From NCBI GenBank assembly GCA_045124835.1, contig JBGVMO010000023.1, positions 1 through 45,775 on the forward strand: a stretch of DNA of 45,775 nt, given 5' to 3'. This DNA comes from Eubacteriales bacterium. GTDB taxonomy: Bacteria; Bacillota; Clostridia; Oscillospirales; CAG-272. Both the position numbers and the translations under genes were made by a program. This document shows, in pieces, positions 45,088 to 45,775 of the stretch (position 1 is the stretch's first letter; each line of letters begins with the position of its first letter). The notes below the pieces were generated by a model. It ran no database searches. It worked only from the letters and a program-made list of their open reading frames with translations, and had not been told where the DNA came from.

Positions 45088-45775
45088 ATGGGTGAAAAAG
45101 CAAAAAAGAATTCTGCCGCCTCTAACGAATACGAGGAATTTTTCAAGCATCTTGCCTCGTATAGCCAAGCTTCCGTTGAGGCTTGGGACAGGCTTCCCAC
45201 CATCGGGCTTTATATGGATCAGGTTACAAGCTACGTCAACGGGCAGCTTTCCCCCTTTTCCTTTTCGGGCGAGGGCGGGCTTACCTCCAGCATGGTAAAC
45301 AACTACGTCAAGCTTTCTTACCTTGACAGACCCGAAAATAAGAAATACTCCCGTGAGCAAATTGCCGCACTTTATATGCTCTGCTCCTTGAAGCAGGTTT
45401 TGCCCATTTCTACCGCCGCTGCTCTTTTGCGCTATCTCTCGTTTGCCGACGCCAACGCAGAGGAGGCGCTTTACGAAGGCTTCACGAAGCGTCAGGCCGT
45501 GCTTGCCGCCGAGGCGGCCGCCGAAACTCTGAAAAGCAAGGATGGCGGAAGAGAGACCCTGCTTCGCACAGCGCTTGATTTTGCGCTTCGCGCCGAGGCA
45601 ATGCGTCTGATGGCCGAGGAGCTGGTTGGCGTTGCCGTTAAGACGGACGAGGCGCTTGACCAGAACGCCAAGGAAAAGGAAAAGCAGGAGGCGCGCGCCG
45701 AGAAGGAAAAGGCCGAGGCGAAAAAAGCCAAGGAGAAGGCCAAAAGAAAAGGCGAAGCGCGCGTCGAGAAGGCAG
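45088..45775 (+). CDS. DUF1836 domain protein (MerR-like DNA-binding), runs off the window edge; absent from the ORF track
   Basis: Manual translation from ATG 45088: WDRLPTIGLYMDQV…LTSSMVNNYVK…KKYSREQIA.L…LKQVL; RBS AAAGGA. Confidence 0.88.
   Translation, partial: MGEKAKKNSAASNEYEEFFKHLASYSQASVEAWDRLPTIGLYMDQVTSYVNGQLSPFSFSGEGGLTSSMVNNYVKLSYLDRPENKKYSREQIAALYMLCSLKQVLPISTAAALLRYLSFADANAEEALYEGFTKRQAVLAAEAAAETLKSKDGGRETLLRTALDFALRAEAMRLMAEELVGVAVKTDEALDQNAKEKEKQEARAEKEKAEAKKAKEKAKRKGEARVEKA

Overview
A 45.8-kb chromosomal segment from an anaerobic, probably spore-forming Clostridia-type Firmicute, judged from sigma-A promoters, an Asn T-box, a GerA/SpoVAF-family gene, a TagA-family gene and a clostridial-type GAPDH. 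The right ~27 kb is mostly housekeeping: an rRNA methyltransferase, ribF-prmA-rsmE, CdaR-S41-greA-lysS, gpmI, a lone GyrB/ParE-like gene, asnS-asnA and gap. The left ~18 kb is accessory. The best candidates for undescribed biology are: (1) an AraC-linked operon of an activase, an atypical short glycyl radical enzyme (AACWE / RVWGWSG) and a GH127-like glycosidase; (2) a ~200-bp non-coding array of seven different hairpins joined by conserved ATATCAT/ATGATAT linkers right after tRNA-Gln; (3) a lipoprotein carrying the ordered motifs of GT80 sialyltransferases; (4) an M81 hydrolase paired with an M24-fold protein that lacks its usual metal ligands; (5) a double-HTH regulator with a tandem 24-bp operator array, upstream of a beta-helix surface protein; and (6) a nitrilase-GDPD fusion. 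No CRISPR array, integrase or transposase was seen. All family calls come from motif recognition by eye; no database searches were run.
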